A DNA stretch of 64,000 nucleotides from an uncultured Candidatus Saccharibacteria bacterium (GTDB lineage: Bacteria > Patescibacteriota > Saccharimonadia > Saccharimonadales > 2-12-FULL-41-12): NCBI GenBank assembly GCA_964573095.1, contig CAZNIK010000001.1, positions 381,159-445,158 on the forward strand, given 5' to 3'. Below the pieces are notes generated by a model. The model had not been told where the DNA came from. It did not search any database and worked only from the letters and a program-made list of their open reading frames with translations. Of the stretch, positions 29,049 through 38,339 are shown piece by piece; the first letter of the stretch is position 1, and each line of letters begins with the position of its first letter. The position numbers and the translations under genes are program-made.

Positions 29049-29444
29049 ATGGCATATATGCCAGACCAAACCTACAAAGTCGCTATTGTTGAAGACGATC
29101 AAGCGATTTCCCAGATGTACCGAATGAAGTTCGAAGCCGAAGGCTATGAGGTTGAGACCGCCGAAAACGGCAGACTTGGCCTTGCGCTCGCTGAATCCAT
29201 GCGGCCAGATATTATCCTGCTCGACTTGATGATGCCAGAGATGAACGGTGACGAAATGCTGGAACAGCTACGACAAACCTCTTGGGGTAAAGCTACAAAA
29301 GTCATCATTCTTACTAATATGGGCGAGCAGGAAATTCCTCCCCGTATCCGAGAGCTTGGCGTAACCAATTTCATCCTAAAAGCTGACATGACGCCTCGCC
29401 AAGTGGCTGAGATTGTTCAAAAGAACCTTAGCGCGCAAGGGTAA
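29049..29444 (+). CDS. single-domain response regulator (receiver only)
   Basis: 131 aa with VAIVEDD, the phospho-acceptor region ILLDLMMPEMNG and a conserved K near ILKAD. No output domain. Confidence 0.85.
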   Translation: MAYMPDQTYKVAIVEDDQAISQMYRMKFEAEGYEVETAENGRLGLALAESMRPDIILLDLMMPEMNGDEMLEQLRQTSWGKATKVIILTNMGEQEIPPRIRELGVTNFILKADMTPRQVAEIVQKNLSAQG

Positions 29445-29450
29445 GCTGTC

Positions 29451-30761
29451 TTGAAAGTTGCCATTCTCGGTTACGGCGGTCAAGGTCAATGTGCGCTAGA
29501 ATACTGGTCAAATTTGGGCGCCGAAGTAACGGTGTGCGACAAAAACGTTGACACTATCGTTCCCTCAAACGCCGCAACCCAACTTGGAGCACACTATCTT
29601 GAAGGGTTAGACCAATTTGATCTCTTGGTGCGGACACCCGCGCTTCACCCAAAAGATATTATTGACGCAAACCAAGACCCAACCATTCTGGCGAAAGTTA
29701 CTTCGGTCACCAATGAATTTTTTCGAGTCTGTCCAACCAAAAACCTCATCGGAATAACTGGCACAAAAGGAAAAGGCACTACCAGCTCCTTGCTGGCAAA
29801 AATGCTAGAAGCCAGTGGCAAAAGAGTGCATTTGGGGGGGAATATCGGTATACCTCCGCTTGAATTACTTAAAAATGACATCGCGGGCGATGACTGGGTT
29901 GTGTTAGAGCTTGCGAACTTTCAAATCCTTGACCTCAAATACTCCCCGCCAATCGCAGTATGCCTTATGATGGTGCCGGAACACTTGGACTGGCACGAGG
30001 ATTTTCAAGACTACAAAAACGCCAAAAAGCCACTGTTTTCGCACCAAAGCGCCAGTGATATTGCGATTTATTTTGGAGAAAACGAACACTCGAGAGAAAT
30101 TGCCAGCTCTGGAAAGGCAAAACTCGTCCCTTACTATTCGCCGCCGGGGGCGTTCGTAAATTCCAACGGAGAAATTCAGATAGATGAGGTTATTATTTGC
30201 CACACAAATGATGTCGCACTGCTAGGAAAACACAACTGGCAAAATATTTGTGCGGCAATTACGGCGTTTTGGCAAGTCAGCCACGACGCAGATGCGATCC
30301 GCGCAGTTGTGACATCATTTTCTGGGCTCGAGCATCGACTCGAATTCGTGCGCGAACTGGACGGAGTGAAATACTATGACGATTCTTTTGGCACGACGCC
30401 AGAAACCGCACTGGTTGCACTGCAGGCTTTTGCGCAACCGAAGGTGCTTATTGTAGGCGGATCCGACAAAGGTGCCGATTTTGAAGCCTTGGCAAAAGGC
30501 ATTGCCGAATGCGGCGTGCATTCAATTGTAAGTATCGGAGTTACCGGTCCAAAAATAGCACAGCTAGTCAGAGACCATAACTCCTCTATTAAAATTGTCG
30601 AGAACCTCGAAACAATGCCGGAAATTGTCCAAGCCTCGAGAGAACTGGCGGATCCTGGAGACGTCGTTTTGCTGTCAACCGGTTGTGCGAGTTTCGGGCT
30701 TTTTCAAAACTACAAAGACCGCGGTGAACAGCTCAAGTCAGCTGTGAAAGCACTTTCCTAA
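29451..30761 (+). CDS. murD: UDP-N-acetylmuramoylalanine--D-glutamate ligase
   Basis: Rossmann N-terminus ILGYGGQG and the Mur ligase P-loop GITGTKGKGTT. 436 aa. Confidence 0.85.
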   Translation: MKVAILGYGGQGQCALEYWSNLGAEVTVCDKNVDTIVPSNAATQLGAHYLEGLDQFDLLVRTPALHPKDIIDANQDPTILAKVTSVTNEFFRVCPTKNLIGITGTKGKGTTSSLLAKMLEASGKRVHLGGNIGIPPLELLKNDIAGDDWVVLELANFQILDLKYSPPIAVCLMMVPEHLDWHEDFQDYKNAKKPLFSHQSASDIAIYFGENEHSREIASSGKAKLVPYYSPPGAFVNSNGEIQIDEVIICHTNDVALLGKHNWQNICAAITAFWQVSHDADAIRAVVTSFSGLEHRLEFVRELDGVKYYDDSFGTTPETALVALQAFAQPKVLIVGGSDKGADFEALAKGIAECGVHSIVSIGVTGPKIAQLVRDHNSSIKIVENLETMPEIVQASRELADPGDVVLLSTGCASFGLFQNYKDRGEQLKSAVKALS

Positions 30762-31380
30762 GCTTAGAGATAGTGGCTTGCTCTGGCTGAAGAACGATCG
30801 CTTTATCGGCAGCATAAGTATCTATGATCTGTTCTATCCAATGGTAGTGCGTACAGCCCAGAACAATAACATCGGCCTTTTGCTCCAGACAATCGTCTAT
30901 TGTGGCTTTGATTCGTTGGCGATCAATGCTGTCTTGTTCGATCATGAGAGCCCAGTCTGAACAATTAGGTTCAATGATGGCTGCGTTGGTCGCATACCTT
31001 GCACATAGCTCTTTGTACCGTATACTGGCGAGCGTTCTTGGAGTTGCACACACTGCAATTACCCCACTTTTCGAAAGCGCCGTTGCTTGTTCAATCATTG
31101 GTTCTACGCCAATCAACGGGACCTTTACGCTTTCTTGTAGCTTAGAAAGGATAGTCGTACTAATTGTGTTGCACGCCACAACAATCACGTCACAACCACT
31201 TGTTTGAAGGCTCAGAAGGTGGGGCAATGATAGATTATAGAGTTCTTCTTCGGTTTTGGTGCCATACGGAATATTTTCGGCGTCATTTTCGTAGACGATA
31301 TCACAGCTGGGAAACGATAGCTCAAGGGCATTTGCGACTGCTTTTCCGCCAACCCCCGAGTCAAAAACCCCAATCTTCAT
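30733..31380 (-). CDS. murI: glutamate racemase (short form)
   Basis: GVFDSGVGG plus catalytic Cys motifs VVACNTIS and LGCTHY. 215 aa. The 3' end overlaps the murD 3' end by 29 nt (convergent genes). Confidence 0.8.
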   Translation of the reverse strand: MKIGVFDSGVGGKAVANALELSFPSCDIVYENDAENIPYGTKTEEELYNLSLPHLLSLQTSGCDVIVVACNTISTTILSKLQESVKVPLIGVEPMIEQATALSKSGVIAVCATPRTLASIRYKELCARYATNAAIIEPNCSDWALMIEQDSIDRQRIKATIDDCLEQKADVIVLGCTHYHWIEQIIDTYAADKAIVLQPEQATISKLRKVLSQLT

Positions 31381-32204
31381 TGCGGCTTTTCCGCAAAGTT
31401 GCCTGCTGAGCGGATCACGTTCTCGAATAATGCGCAGACGGTTAATGGACCGACACCACCTTTGGGAGGGGTCAGCACAAGATCATCACGCTCGTAAACT
31501 TCGGGTGCGAGGTCGCCGACCGTTTTGCCATCTTCGCTTGCCGTGCCCGCATCCACCACCACGGCGCCTTGTTTGATCATGTTTGAAAATAAAATGGCCG
31601 GGCTTCCAGCTGCAGTGATAAGTATATCTGCTTCTATACTTAACATGTTAAGTGTCTTGGTTTGCCTGTTTGCGACAGTCACATCGTGACCAGAATCTTT
31701 AAGTCGTTGGGCTAAAGGCTCTCCGACCAGCTTGCCTTGGCCAATGATTAGGATTTTTTTGCCCCGTAAGTCAACATTGTAGCCTGCCAGCAACCACATA
31801 ATTGCCATCGGTGTTGCCGGCTCAAAAATTGAACTTTTGCCAAGCGCATCAACATCCTTGTTCGCGATGACCATGTCGCATATTTCATCTGTCTGACTTG
31901 GGTCGCTAAGTGGCAACTGAATAATAATTCCATGAATCTCTGGATTCGTATTCAGCTTCGTGATGATGTCTTTGGCTGCCGTTTGCGCAACACTGTAAAC
32001 TTCGACCTCCACCATAATATCGGCCCCATAGGCCTTCTTTAACCGTACGTAGGTATTAATTACGGGGTCGTCCTTCACCTGTACAATCGCAAGTTTCGGG
32101 ATAATTCCGTGCGCTTGGCGTAATGCACGCACCTGTTTTGCTTGACGGGCTTTTATATATCCAGACAATTCTGTTCCACTCATCAATTTTTTTGCCATAG
32201 TCAT
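31377..32204 (-). CDS. folD: bifunctional methylenetetrahydrofolate dehydrogenase/cyclohydrolase
   Basis: GKKILIIGQGKLVGEPLA and PKGGVGPLTV motifs. The start is uncertain (32204, 32198 or 32252). Confidence 0.85.
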   Translation of the reverse strand: MTMAKKLMSGTELSGYIKARQAKQVRALRQAHGIIPKLAIVQVKDDPVINTYVRLKKAYGADIMVEVEVYSVAQTAAKDIITKLNTNPEIHGIIIQLPLSDPSQTDEICDMVIANKDVDALGKSSIFEPATPMAIMWLLAGYNVDLRGKKILIIGQGKLVGEPLAQRLKDSGHDVTVANRQTKTLNMLSIEADILITAAGSPAILFSNMIKQGAVVVDAGTASEDGKTVGDLAPEVYERDDLVLTPPKGGVGPLTVCALFENVIRSAGNFAEKPQ

Positions 32205-32252
32205 AATAGTATCTTTTTGGCAACACCTCATCAAGGGAGCATAATGTAGCAC

Positions 32253-32861
32253 ATGGACGTCACGGGGATCTTGCAGTCTGTTGGCTACGTTGGTATTTTT
32301 CTGTGCGTCTGTATCGAAAGTGGTATTATTTTTGGTTTACTCGTGCCATTGCCTGGCTTCTCACTGCTTTTTACGGCAGGTGTATTTGCAGCCAACGATC
32401 GCCTTAACATTTACCTGGTATTGCTAAGTGGCCTTTTGGGGGCAATCTTGGGGTACGTCATTGGGTATATCACCGGAAAACGTTATGGAAGAAAGTTATT
32501 TTACGAATACCGAAACCAGAAATATTTCACCGCGGCCCAGGGGGAACGCACCGAGAAATTCATGCAAAAACATGGCTATACAACCTTATTTGTTGGACGT
32601 TTTCTGCCCATTGTTCACACCGTTGCCCCTATATTAAGCGGTGTTGCAAAAACGCCAATTGGCCCGTTTATGGTCATAAACCTCTTGGGTGCAGTAGTGT
32701 GGGTGGGTTCGGCCACATTTTTTGGATATGTTGTTGGCAATTCACTGCCTGGAGCGCAATACTATGTACTACTCTTTGTAATCATACTCATAGTCGTTCT
32801 CAACACCGGGTTCGCCAGGAACTATATCAAAAGATTACTTGCTAGAATCGAATCGTTTTAG
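32253..32861 (+). CDS. DedA-family membrane protein
   Basis: 202 aa and polytopic, with YxxGRxxG-like GYITGKRYG and the FVGRFLPIVHT motif. Confidence 0.75.
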   Translation: MDVTGILQSVGYVGIFLCVCIESGIIFGLLVPLPGFSLLFTAGVFAANDRLNIYLVLLSGLLGAILGYVIGYITGKRYGRKLFYEYRNQKYFTAAQGERTEKFMQKHGYTTLFVGRFLPIVHTVAPILSGVAKTPIGPFMVINLLGAVVWVGSATFFGYVVGNSLPGAQYYVLLFVIILIVVLNTGFARNYIKRLLARIESF

Positions 32862-34048
32862 GTAGCCGAAACGAAGGTGTACGCGAACCCGGAACGTCCA
32901 GCTCGCCCGGCACGGCCAATGCGGTGAACATAGTCGTCGTACGACTGGGGCTGGGAGTAGTTGATGACGTGCGATACATCCGCCACATCAATACCCCGGG
33001 CCGCAACATCTGTCGCAACCAAAACTTTTACTTCGCTGTCACGAAACCTGCGAAGCGCACGCTGTCTTTGTCCTTGAGATTTGCCACCATGAATCGCATC
33101 AGCTTTAAAGCCTCGGTCGATGAGTTCTTTGCTGAGGCGCTCGACGCTGCGCTGGGTATCATCAAAAAGCAATACTTTCGACACCTCGTCTTTAATGAGC
33201 AGGTCGTGGAGTTGATGGAGTTTGTCTTGGGTTGTCTCGTACGCAACAATGTCTTGTTCGACATTTTTACTGGCCGCGCTGGTACGAACAGAAATACTAA
33301 CCGGGTCTTCAGAAAATTCTCGTATCAATTGGTTGATTTTTGAATCAATAGTTGCCGAAAAAAACAGCGACTGTCTTTTGGTTGCGAGCTCACCAAGCAG
33401 GCTTCTGATATCGCCAATAAATCCCATATCGAGCATTCGGTCGACTTCATCAAGCACCACAATATTAAAACGACCCAAGTCTAGAGTGCGCCTGTCGGCG
33501 TGATCTTTGATTCGGCCGGGCGTTCCGATAACCATGCTGGGATTGGCTTTTAAGTCGCGGATCTGAGGACCCATCGGTGAACCACCAATGAGCACGGCGC
33601 CACGAAGCCCGCTGTGTTTTGCAAAATCTCGACAGGCCGCCTCAATCTGTTGAGCTAGTTCACGAGTCGGAGCGATCACAAGGGCTCGAGCGGAACTGTC
33701 TGACATTAGTTTAGTTAATATCGGTAGCGAGAACGCCGCCGTTTTTCCAGTACCGGTATTGGCGATACCAATAACGTCTCTGCCGTCAAGAACGAGCTGA
33801 GTCGCTTCATCTTGTATTTGGGTTGGGGTATTAAAGCCCAGCGCTTCGATGTTTCTATGAAGCAGTGGATGCAAGGCAAAGTCCGCAAACGTATGCGTGG
33901 CAGTATAGTGCGTTTCAGACTGCTGCACGGCAGGGCTCACAAACTTGCTTGGGTGAATATATTGTTTTTGATTTTTTCTTCGCACATTAGTACTGCGACC
34001 ATTGTTTGAGTGAAAACGACGCTGTGGTCGCCTTTGTTGATATGACAT
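32858..34048 (-). CDS. DEAD-box ATP-dependent RNA helicase
   Basis: Q-motif region, ANTGTGKTAAF, the DEAD-box variant VLDEVDRM, SAT and HRIGRAGRAG. Start placed at MSYQQRR (34048, with AAGGA upstream). Longer starts up to 34117 are possible. Confidence 0.85.
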   Translation of the reverse strand: MSYQQRRPQRRFHSNNGRSTNVRRKNQKQYIHPSKFVSPAVQQSETHYTATHTFADFALHPLLHRNIEALGFNTPTQIQDEATQLVLDGRDVIGIANTGTGKTAAFSLPILTKLMSDSSARALVIAPTRELAQQIEAACRDFAKHSGLRGAVLIGGSPMGPQIRDLKANPSMVIGTPGRIKDHADRRTLDLGRFNIVVLDEVDRMLDMGFIGDIRSLLGELATKRQSLFFSATIDSKINQLIREFSEDPVSISVRTSAASKNVEQDIVAYETTQDKLHQLHDLLIKDEVSKVLLFDDTQRSVERLSKELIDRGFKADAIHGGKSQGQRQRALRRFRDSEVKVLVATDVAARGIDVADVSHVINYSQPQSYDDYVHRIGRAGRAGRSGFAYTFVSAT

Positions 34049-34167
34049 AAAAATAGAATCCTTTGTCGTTAATTTGCTTCTCATTGTTTTTGTCATGAAA
34101 CCTGAGAAAATGAGCAAACTAACTCGGATTCATTTGAAATACAATTAACTAAATTATAGCACAGACG

Positions 34168-34213
34168 TATAAAAAAATCAATAGCCCGGCGGGTCTGTTC
34201 CGCACCGGGCTAT
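34168..34213 (-). terminator. rho-independent terminator downstream of the DUF308 gene
   Basis: Minus strand: ATAGCCCGG-(15-nt loop)-CCGGGCTAT followed by TGATTTTTTTAT. Confidence 0.6.
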
Positions 34214-34233
34214 CCTTATAGACAACTCGCTGT

Positions 34234-34797
34234 TTATTTCTTATGGGCAGCTTCGAGGCTGTGCTTGACGTCGAAGGATATGGCAATCATAAGTGGCCCC
34301 ATGATTAAGGCATACAACCCAAGAACCCATACAAACGCAACCCCTGCTGCGACCGACGAATTGAGCACAATAATGCCAATCACAATCGCCGCTAACCCAA
34401 TGATGACATTGAGCGTTTTATAGGTTGCAGTTCCCTCGTCAATCAGTGCGCTCACTATGTCGATTAGCCCACGTACGATGAGGGTGAAGCCAACTATCAG
34501 AATCAAAGTGGCAAATGTCACGTTAGGATGCCGAACAAGATATACCCCAACACCGAGACCGATCAAGCCAAAAACCAGACTTAGCCACCAATTGCTGCGG
34601 TGTTTCATGCCGAGCAGGCCACCAACTATTTCGGCGACGCCCCACACAAGTATAAAAGCACTAAAAAGATACACGAGAGTTTGCAGTGTGAGTCCTGGCC
34701 AAAAAAGTGCTGCAATACCAAACAGTACTGCTAAAACTCCTTGGATGAGACCAATCCACCACAGCTCCGCTACGGCTTTATCTCCATTCATGTTCAC
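34234..34797 (-). CDS. HdeD/DUF308-family membrane protein
   Basis: 187 aa with repeated WWxxLxxGxxxxxxGI TM-pair pattern (ELWWIGLIQGVLAVLFGIAALFWP). Confidence 0.65.
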   Translation of the reverse strand: MNMNGDKAVAELWWIGLIQGVLAVLFGIAALFWPGLTLQTLVYLFSAFILVWGVAEIVGGLLGMKHRSNWWLSLVFGLIGLGVGVYLVRHPNVTFATLILIVGFTLIVRGLIDIVSALIDEGTATYKTLNVIIGLAAIVIGIIVLNSSVAAGVAFVWVLGLYALIMGPLMIAISFDVKHSLEAAHKK

Positions 34798-34812
34798 AAA
34801 TCTCCGTTAAAG

Positions 34813-35196
34813 TTAACTGTCTTTTTTTACGTCTCTTTGGAATGTTTTGTGTATTGCAACCCCTCCTCCCTTAAAGTTTCGGTAAATGTTGACCGCCCCC
34901 GTCAACAGCAGCAAACCACCTAAGCCCCACCTAACTATCGGAACAGATACAATGTTTAGTGACCGAAGAGTTAGAAAGAACCCTAATACGGTCAGTGGTA
35001 TACCGATTTTATAGTTTCTTTGATTGGGATCTTCAAAAACTAGAATTAGACCAGCGCACAACAGCACAAAACAGAGCCAGAAAGGCGCAACGGTAAGTTC
35101 GATGACAGCAAAAAGCAAACACGTACCAAGGGCAATGAGAAGCACATCCACCACCGCTCGCACTGCTTGCATGAACCGAACGCTTGGATGTTTCAT
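34813..35196 (-). CDS. hypothetical small membrane protein
   Basis: 127 aa with 4 predicted TM helices. No motif recognised. Confidence 0.5.
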   Translation of the reverse strand: MKHPSVRFMQAVRAVVDVLLIALGTCLLFAVIELTVAPFWLCFVLLCAGLILVFEDPNQRNYKIGIPLTVLGFFLTLRSLNIVSVPIVRWGLGGLLLLTGAVNIYRNFKGGGVAIHKTFQRDVKKDS

Positions 35197-35236
35197 GCCA
35201 AAAACCCCTTTGTCCTTATTTAAGGTTTATGTCTAT

Positions 35237-35656
35237 CTATACGCCTATGAGACCAATAACCAAACCCATGAGCATTATTGTTGCAAACTCATTACCAACA
35301 GTGATGAGCGTCAACTTGGTCGGCCGTCCCTCAAAAACATCGTGTGTCACAATCCGAGCTGCGGTGAGCCCCAGCCAAAGCCAAAAAGCGGTCGTTACAC
35401 TATCTTGTAGAAAACTATTTTGAAAAAATTCATTTGACAGATAGGCAACGTGCGCCAGCACATATGCCGTGATGAGACTGACCACAATCGTAGTCACAAT
35501 CGGTTTTGCGACATTTGCGTTATTTTTTGATAAATCTACCTTAGCGAGTTTTCCCCAGGTCGTACCAAATACCGCCCGAGCATACCACACACTACCGACA
35601 ACTAATGAGCTTGCCATTGCAGCAACTACCCCTAGAAAATTTACTTCTACGTCCAT
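35237..35656 (-). CDS. DUF1761-family membrane protein
   Basis: 139 aa. The N-terminus NFLGVVAAMASSLVVGSVWYARAVFGTTW is typical of DUF1761. Confidence 0.55.
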   Translation of the reverse strand: MDVEVNFLGVVAAMASSLVVGSVWYARAVFGTTWGKLAKVDLSKNNANVAKPIVTTIVVSLITAYVLAHVAYLSNEFFQNSFLQDSVTTAFWLWLGLTAARIVTHDVFEGRPTKLTLITVGNEFATIMLMGLVIGLIGV

Positions 35657-35773
35657 AATTCCCCTCCTTATTGATTTGAATTATATACCAATTTTTCTAC
35701 AAATAAACCGGTTCTTTTTTCACAGCTAACCCCGCCACTCGCCGGTTGTTGACGAAGGAGCTATAATTAAGGC

Positions 35774-36361
35774 ATGAGTAAAAATAGACACGTGATAAAA
35801 AATAAAATTCTGTGGTGGGTTTTGGCAAGCGGTTCGCTGGTTGGATTACTGGCATCGTTTATTCAGACAATTGAGCGAATTAACTACGCAAAAAACCCGA
35901 CTGTACCACTCAAGTGTGATGTCAGCGCGATCTTTAGTTGCAGTAACGTCTTCGACGCCTGGCAGTCATCTGTTTTTGGGTTCTCTAACTCGCTCATGTG
36001 TATTGTATTTTTTTCGATTACGTTTGGCGTCGCACTCGCGGGAGCGACCAGTACTGAAATTCGCAAAGCACTAAGATTGTGGGTTCACTTTTTCGCTGTT
36101 TTCTTTCTCGGCTTTGGGGCCTGGTATTTATGGCAAAGCGCGTATGAAATTGGCTACATCTGTATTTTTTGCGCCGCGTGTTACGGCGCAGTGATTGCAA
36201 TGAATTGGGCATGGCTCAGACTCAACGCCCAAGACATCTTTCGCTCAAAATCCGCCAAAGCACGCTGGCAACGAATCGAATCCAGTGGCGCCGACACTTT
36301 TGGCTGGATTCTTTGGGCAGTAATAATTGCAGGTGTAGTTGCAGCACCATTCATCAACTAG
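35774..36361 (+). CDS. vitamin K epoxide reductase (VKOR)-family thiol oxidoreductase
   Basis: Loop cysteine pair (KCDVSAIFSC) and membrane CxxC (CIFCAAC) within 4-5 TM helices. Confidence 0.7.
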   Translation: MSKNRHVIKNKILWWVLASGSLVGLLASFIQTIERINYAKNPTVPLKCDVSAIFSCSNVFDAWQSSVFGFSNSLMCIVFFSITFGVALAGATSTEIRKALRLWVHFFAVFFLGFGAWYLWQSAYEIGYICIFCAACYGAVIAMNWAWLRLNAQDIFRSKSAKARWQRIESSGADTFGWILWAVIIAGVVAAPFIN

Positions 36362-36370
36362 TCAAAATGA

Positions 36371-36622
36371 TTATTGCTTCTTAGTCTCAGCCTTTTCGCG
36401 TCCGTGCCCAGAATTATTCTTTTCAACTAGCTTGATCGCCTTTTTGGCACTTAGCCCAAGCAAAAACGGGTAAAGGATAAATAGCCACAGCGAATCGAGA
36501 ATATTTGGAATCCGCGGATCTGACAAAAAAGAATACCAAGTTTCGAAGCCTAAAATTGACCCAATTATATTGATAATGATCGCCAGAGCTAAAATAATTA
36601 TGCCAACAGCAAAGGTGTTCAT
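36371..36622 (-). CDS. hypothetical small membrane protein
   Basis: 83 aa with 2 TM helices. Confidence 0.4.
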   Translation of the reverse strand: MNTFAVGIIILALAIIINIIGSILGFETWYSFLSDPRIPNILDSLWLFILYPFLLGLSAKKAIKLVEKNNSGHGREKAETKKQ

Positions 36623-36718
36623 GCGTGTCGTATTGATACTCTAGTGTTACTAATTACAGCTTGCCTTTTCCTTTGGTCTTACTATAACAAACTTAACCTT
36701 CAAACACGTCGCAATTAA

Positions 36719-37483
36719 CTAGGGTTGAAGGGTGCCACCAAAAACTTGCCAGGCAAGAAGCGATTTTGCGACCAGGCTCAAGATAATATACGCGCGCTCG
36801 CCATACAAATAATCCCTCCATGGTCCAACCTTTTTGTACTGAAGCACCATATTTACAGCAAAACAACTAAAGAAAATAAAGATCGACACAAATATCCAAT
36901 AGACAAACGTGGGCGCTCGACTACCATTTTCGGCACCGAGCCACATGTAAAGTGCAATCACAAGCCACGGGATAATCCCGGCAAAACACCCGATGTAATA
37001 GCTCAGCCAATTCGTTGTCTTGGTGGTCTGATTATGGACCTCCATTACGAGTCCCATGAGGTTCATAACTGATGTTAAGGCAAATATCATTAGCAAACTA
37101 CTAAGGTCGTACACGCCCACCAACGCTGCAATCGCAACCATCATCACGCTTGCGGAAATCGAATATTCGACCCACCTTAGCCTATTGATTCCTAGTTTTA
37201 GCTCTTTTTCGTATCGTCGATTATAGCTTGTAGCAATTACAAAATGAAAAATCGCCGAAAGAAAGAAAAACGCTGCAATCAACCACGGTAATTCAACATT
37301 AAACAAAGCTGTGGTGGTTGGCTGAAGTGACTCTGTTTGTTGATTAAAGAAAAGATAGGTGCCAGAAATTGGTATCTCAAATGATTTGCTTATTACAAGC
37401 ACAATCACACCTTGCGCGAGGTGCAAAAACCCCGCAATGATGTTTAGTTGTTTTAATTTTTGCGGTGTTATTTTTCTTGCCAT
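36719..37483 (-). CDS. heliorhodopsin
   Basis: 7-TM protein with close motif-level match to heliorhodopsin 48C12. Matching blocks are IAGFLHLAQ (His), IFHFVIA (His), RWVEYSISASVMM (counter-ion Glu) and GERAYIILSLVAKSLLAWQVFGGTL (retinal Lys). Start set at MARKITPQ (37483). Confidence 0.85.
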   Translation of the reverse strand: MARKITPQKLKQLNIIAGFLHLAQGVIVLVISKSFEIPISGTYLFFNQQTESLQPTTTALFNVELPWLIAAFFFLSAIFHFVIATSYNRRYEKELKLGINRLRWVEYSISASVMMVAIAALVGVYDLSSLLMIFALTSVMNLMGLVMEVHNQTTKTTNWLSYYIGCFAGIIPWLVIALYMWLGAENGSRAPTFVYWIFVSIFIFFSCFAVNMVLQYKKVGPWRDYLYGERAYIILSLVAKSLLAWQVFGGTLQP

Positions 37484-37658
37484 GTTTCGACTATAGCACA
37501 CGTACTTTTCACAATAACAAAAGGACAGCTAGCGAACCATATCCCAGCCGTTTTGGCTTTTTGGTTGTTTACATGTTTATTTTTGCTTTCGTACCTCTAA
37601 TTATACGACTATTGTCAATAGCACTACAAAAAAGTTTGATATTTAGTTGCACAAGTAA

Positions 37659-37697
37659 TGTAACGAGTGTTACAGTATGCGTGTAACGAGTGTTACA
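37659..37697. promoter_or_regulatory. two tandem 16-bp palindromes TGTAACGAGTGTTACA (candidate TetR operators)
   Basis: Identical copies at 37659..37674 and 37682..37697, ending 6 bp before the TetR start codon, within the heliorhodopsin/TetR divergent region. Confidence 0.6.
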
Positions 37698-37702
37698 AAA
37701 TT

Positions 37703-38293
37703 ATGACAACAACAACCCGCCAAACCATTCTAAAAACATCAAAACAGCTCTTTGCGCGCCATGGATATGAGGGGTTCTCTATGCGCACCCTTTCAAAACA
37801 AAGCGGGGTTGGATTGTCTAGTGTGTATCACTTCTTTTCTGACAAGGACGAGATTCTAAAAGAACTTTTTAACAAAACTAATACTGAGCTAGGAGAAGCT
37901 CGCAAAAAGCTTCCCAAAAAAACCAACGCCAGCGACATGTTGCTTCAGAGAATTGTGTTTCAATTTCAACACATCGAGGATGTTGTTTTTGTATTAAAAT
38001 ACTATATCCATTTTCGGCCCGAGTTCTTAAAGCTTGATTCTGGCTACATTCCGAAGAAAGGTTATCTGCACATCGAAGAAGTACTCCAGGTTGGTGTGCG
38101 CACAAAAGAATTCGCGATAGCCCCGTCCGAAATTGATGAGCAAGCAAAGATTATCACGCACGCCATCAATGGATTTCTGCTCGAGTACTATCCAAAAACC
38201 CTTCGGGGACAAGAGCTTAGCACTGTCACCAAACCAATCCACCTGTTTCTGCTTCGCAGCTTAACAAATAAGGAGGTTGTTATGAGGAAGTAA
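37703..38293 (+). CDS. TetR-family transcriptional regulator
   Basis: N-terminal HTH ARHGYEGFSMRTLSKQSGVGLSSVYHFFSDKDEIL. Start at MTTTTRQ (37703). Confidence 0.85.
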   Translation: MTTTTRQTILKTSKQLFARHGYEGFSMRTLSKQSGVGLSSVYHFFSDKDEILKELFNKTNTELGEARKKLPKKTNASDMLLQRIVFQFQHIEDVVFVLKYYIHFRPEFLKLDSGYIPKKGYLHIEEVLQVGVRTKEFAIAPSEIDEQAKIITHAINGFLLEYYPKTLRGQELSTVTKPIHLFLLRSLTNKEVVMRK

Positions 38294-38339
38294 TACCTTA
38301 CGTGTCTATTATTGGGGTAAATTTATAAGGGAGAAGAAT

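Noticed and set aside
30733-30761. A 29-nt 3'-3' overlap of murD and murI, as a possible frameshift or mis-assembly.
   Set aside because: Both ORFs are full-length with intact motifs to their ends. A convergent overlap is unusual but does not require an error.
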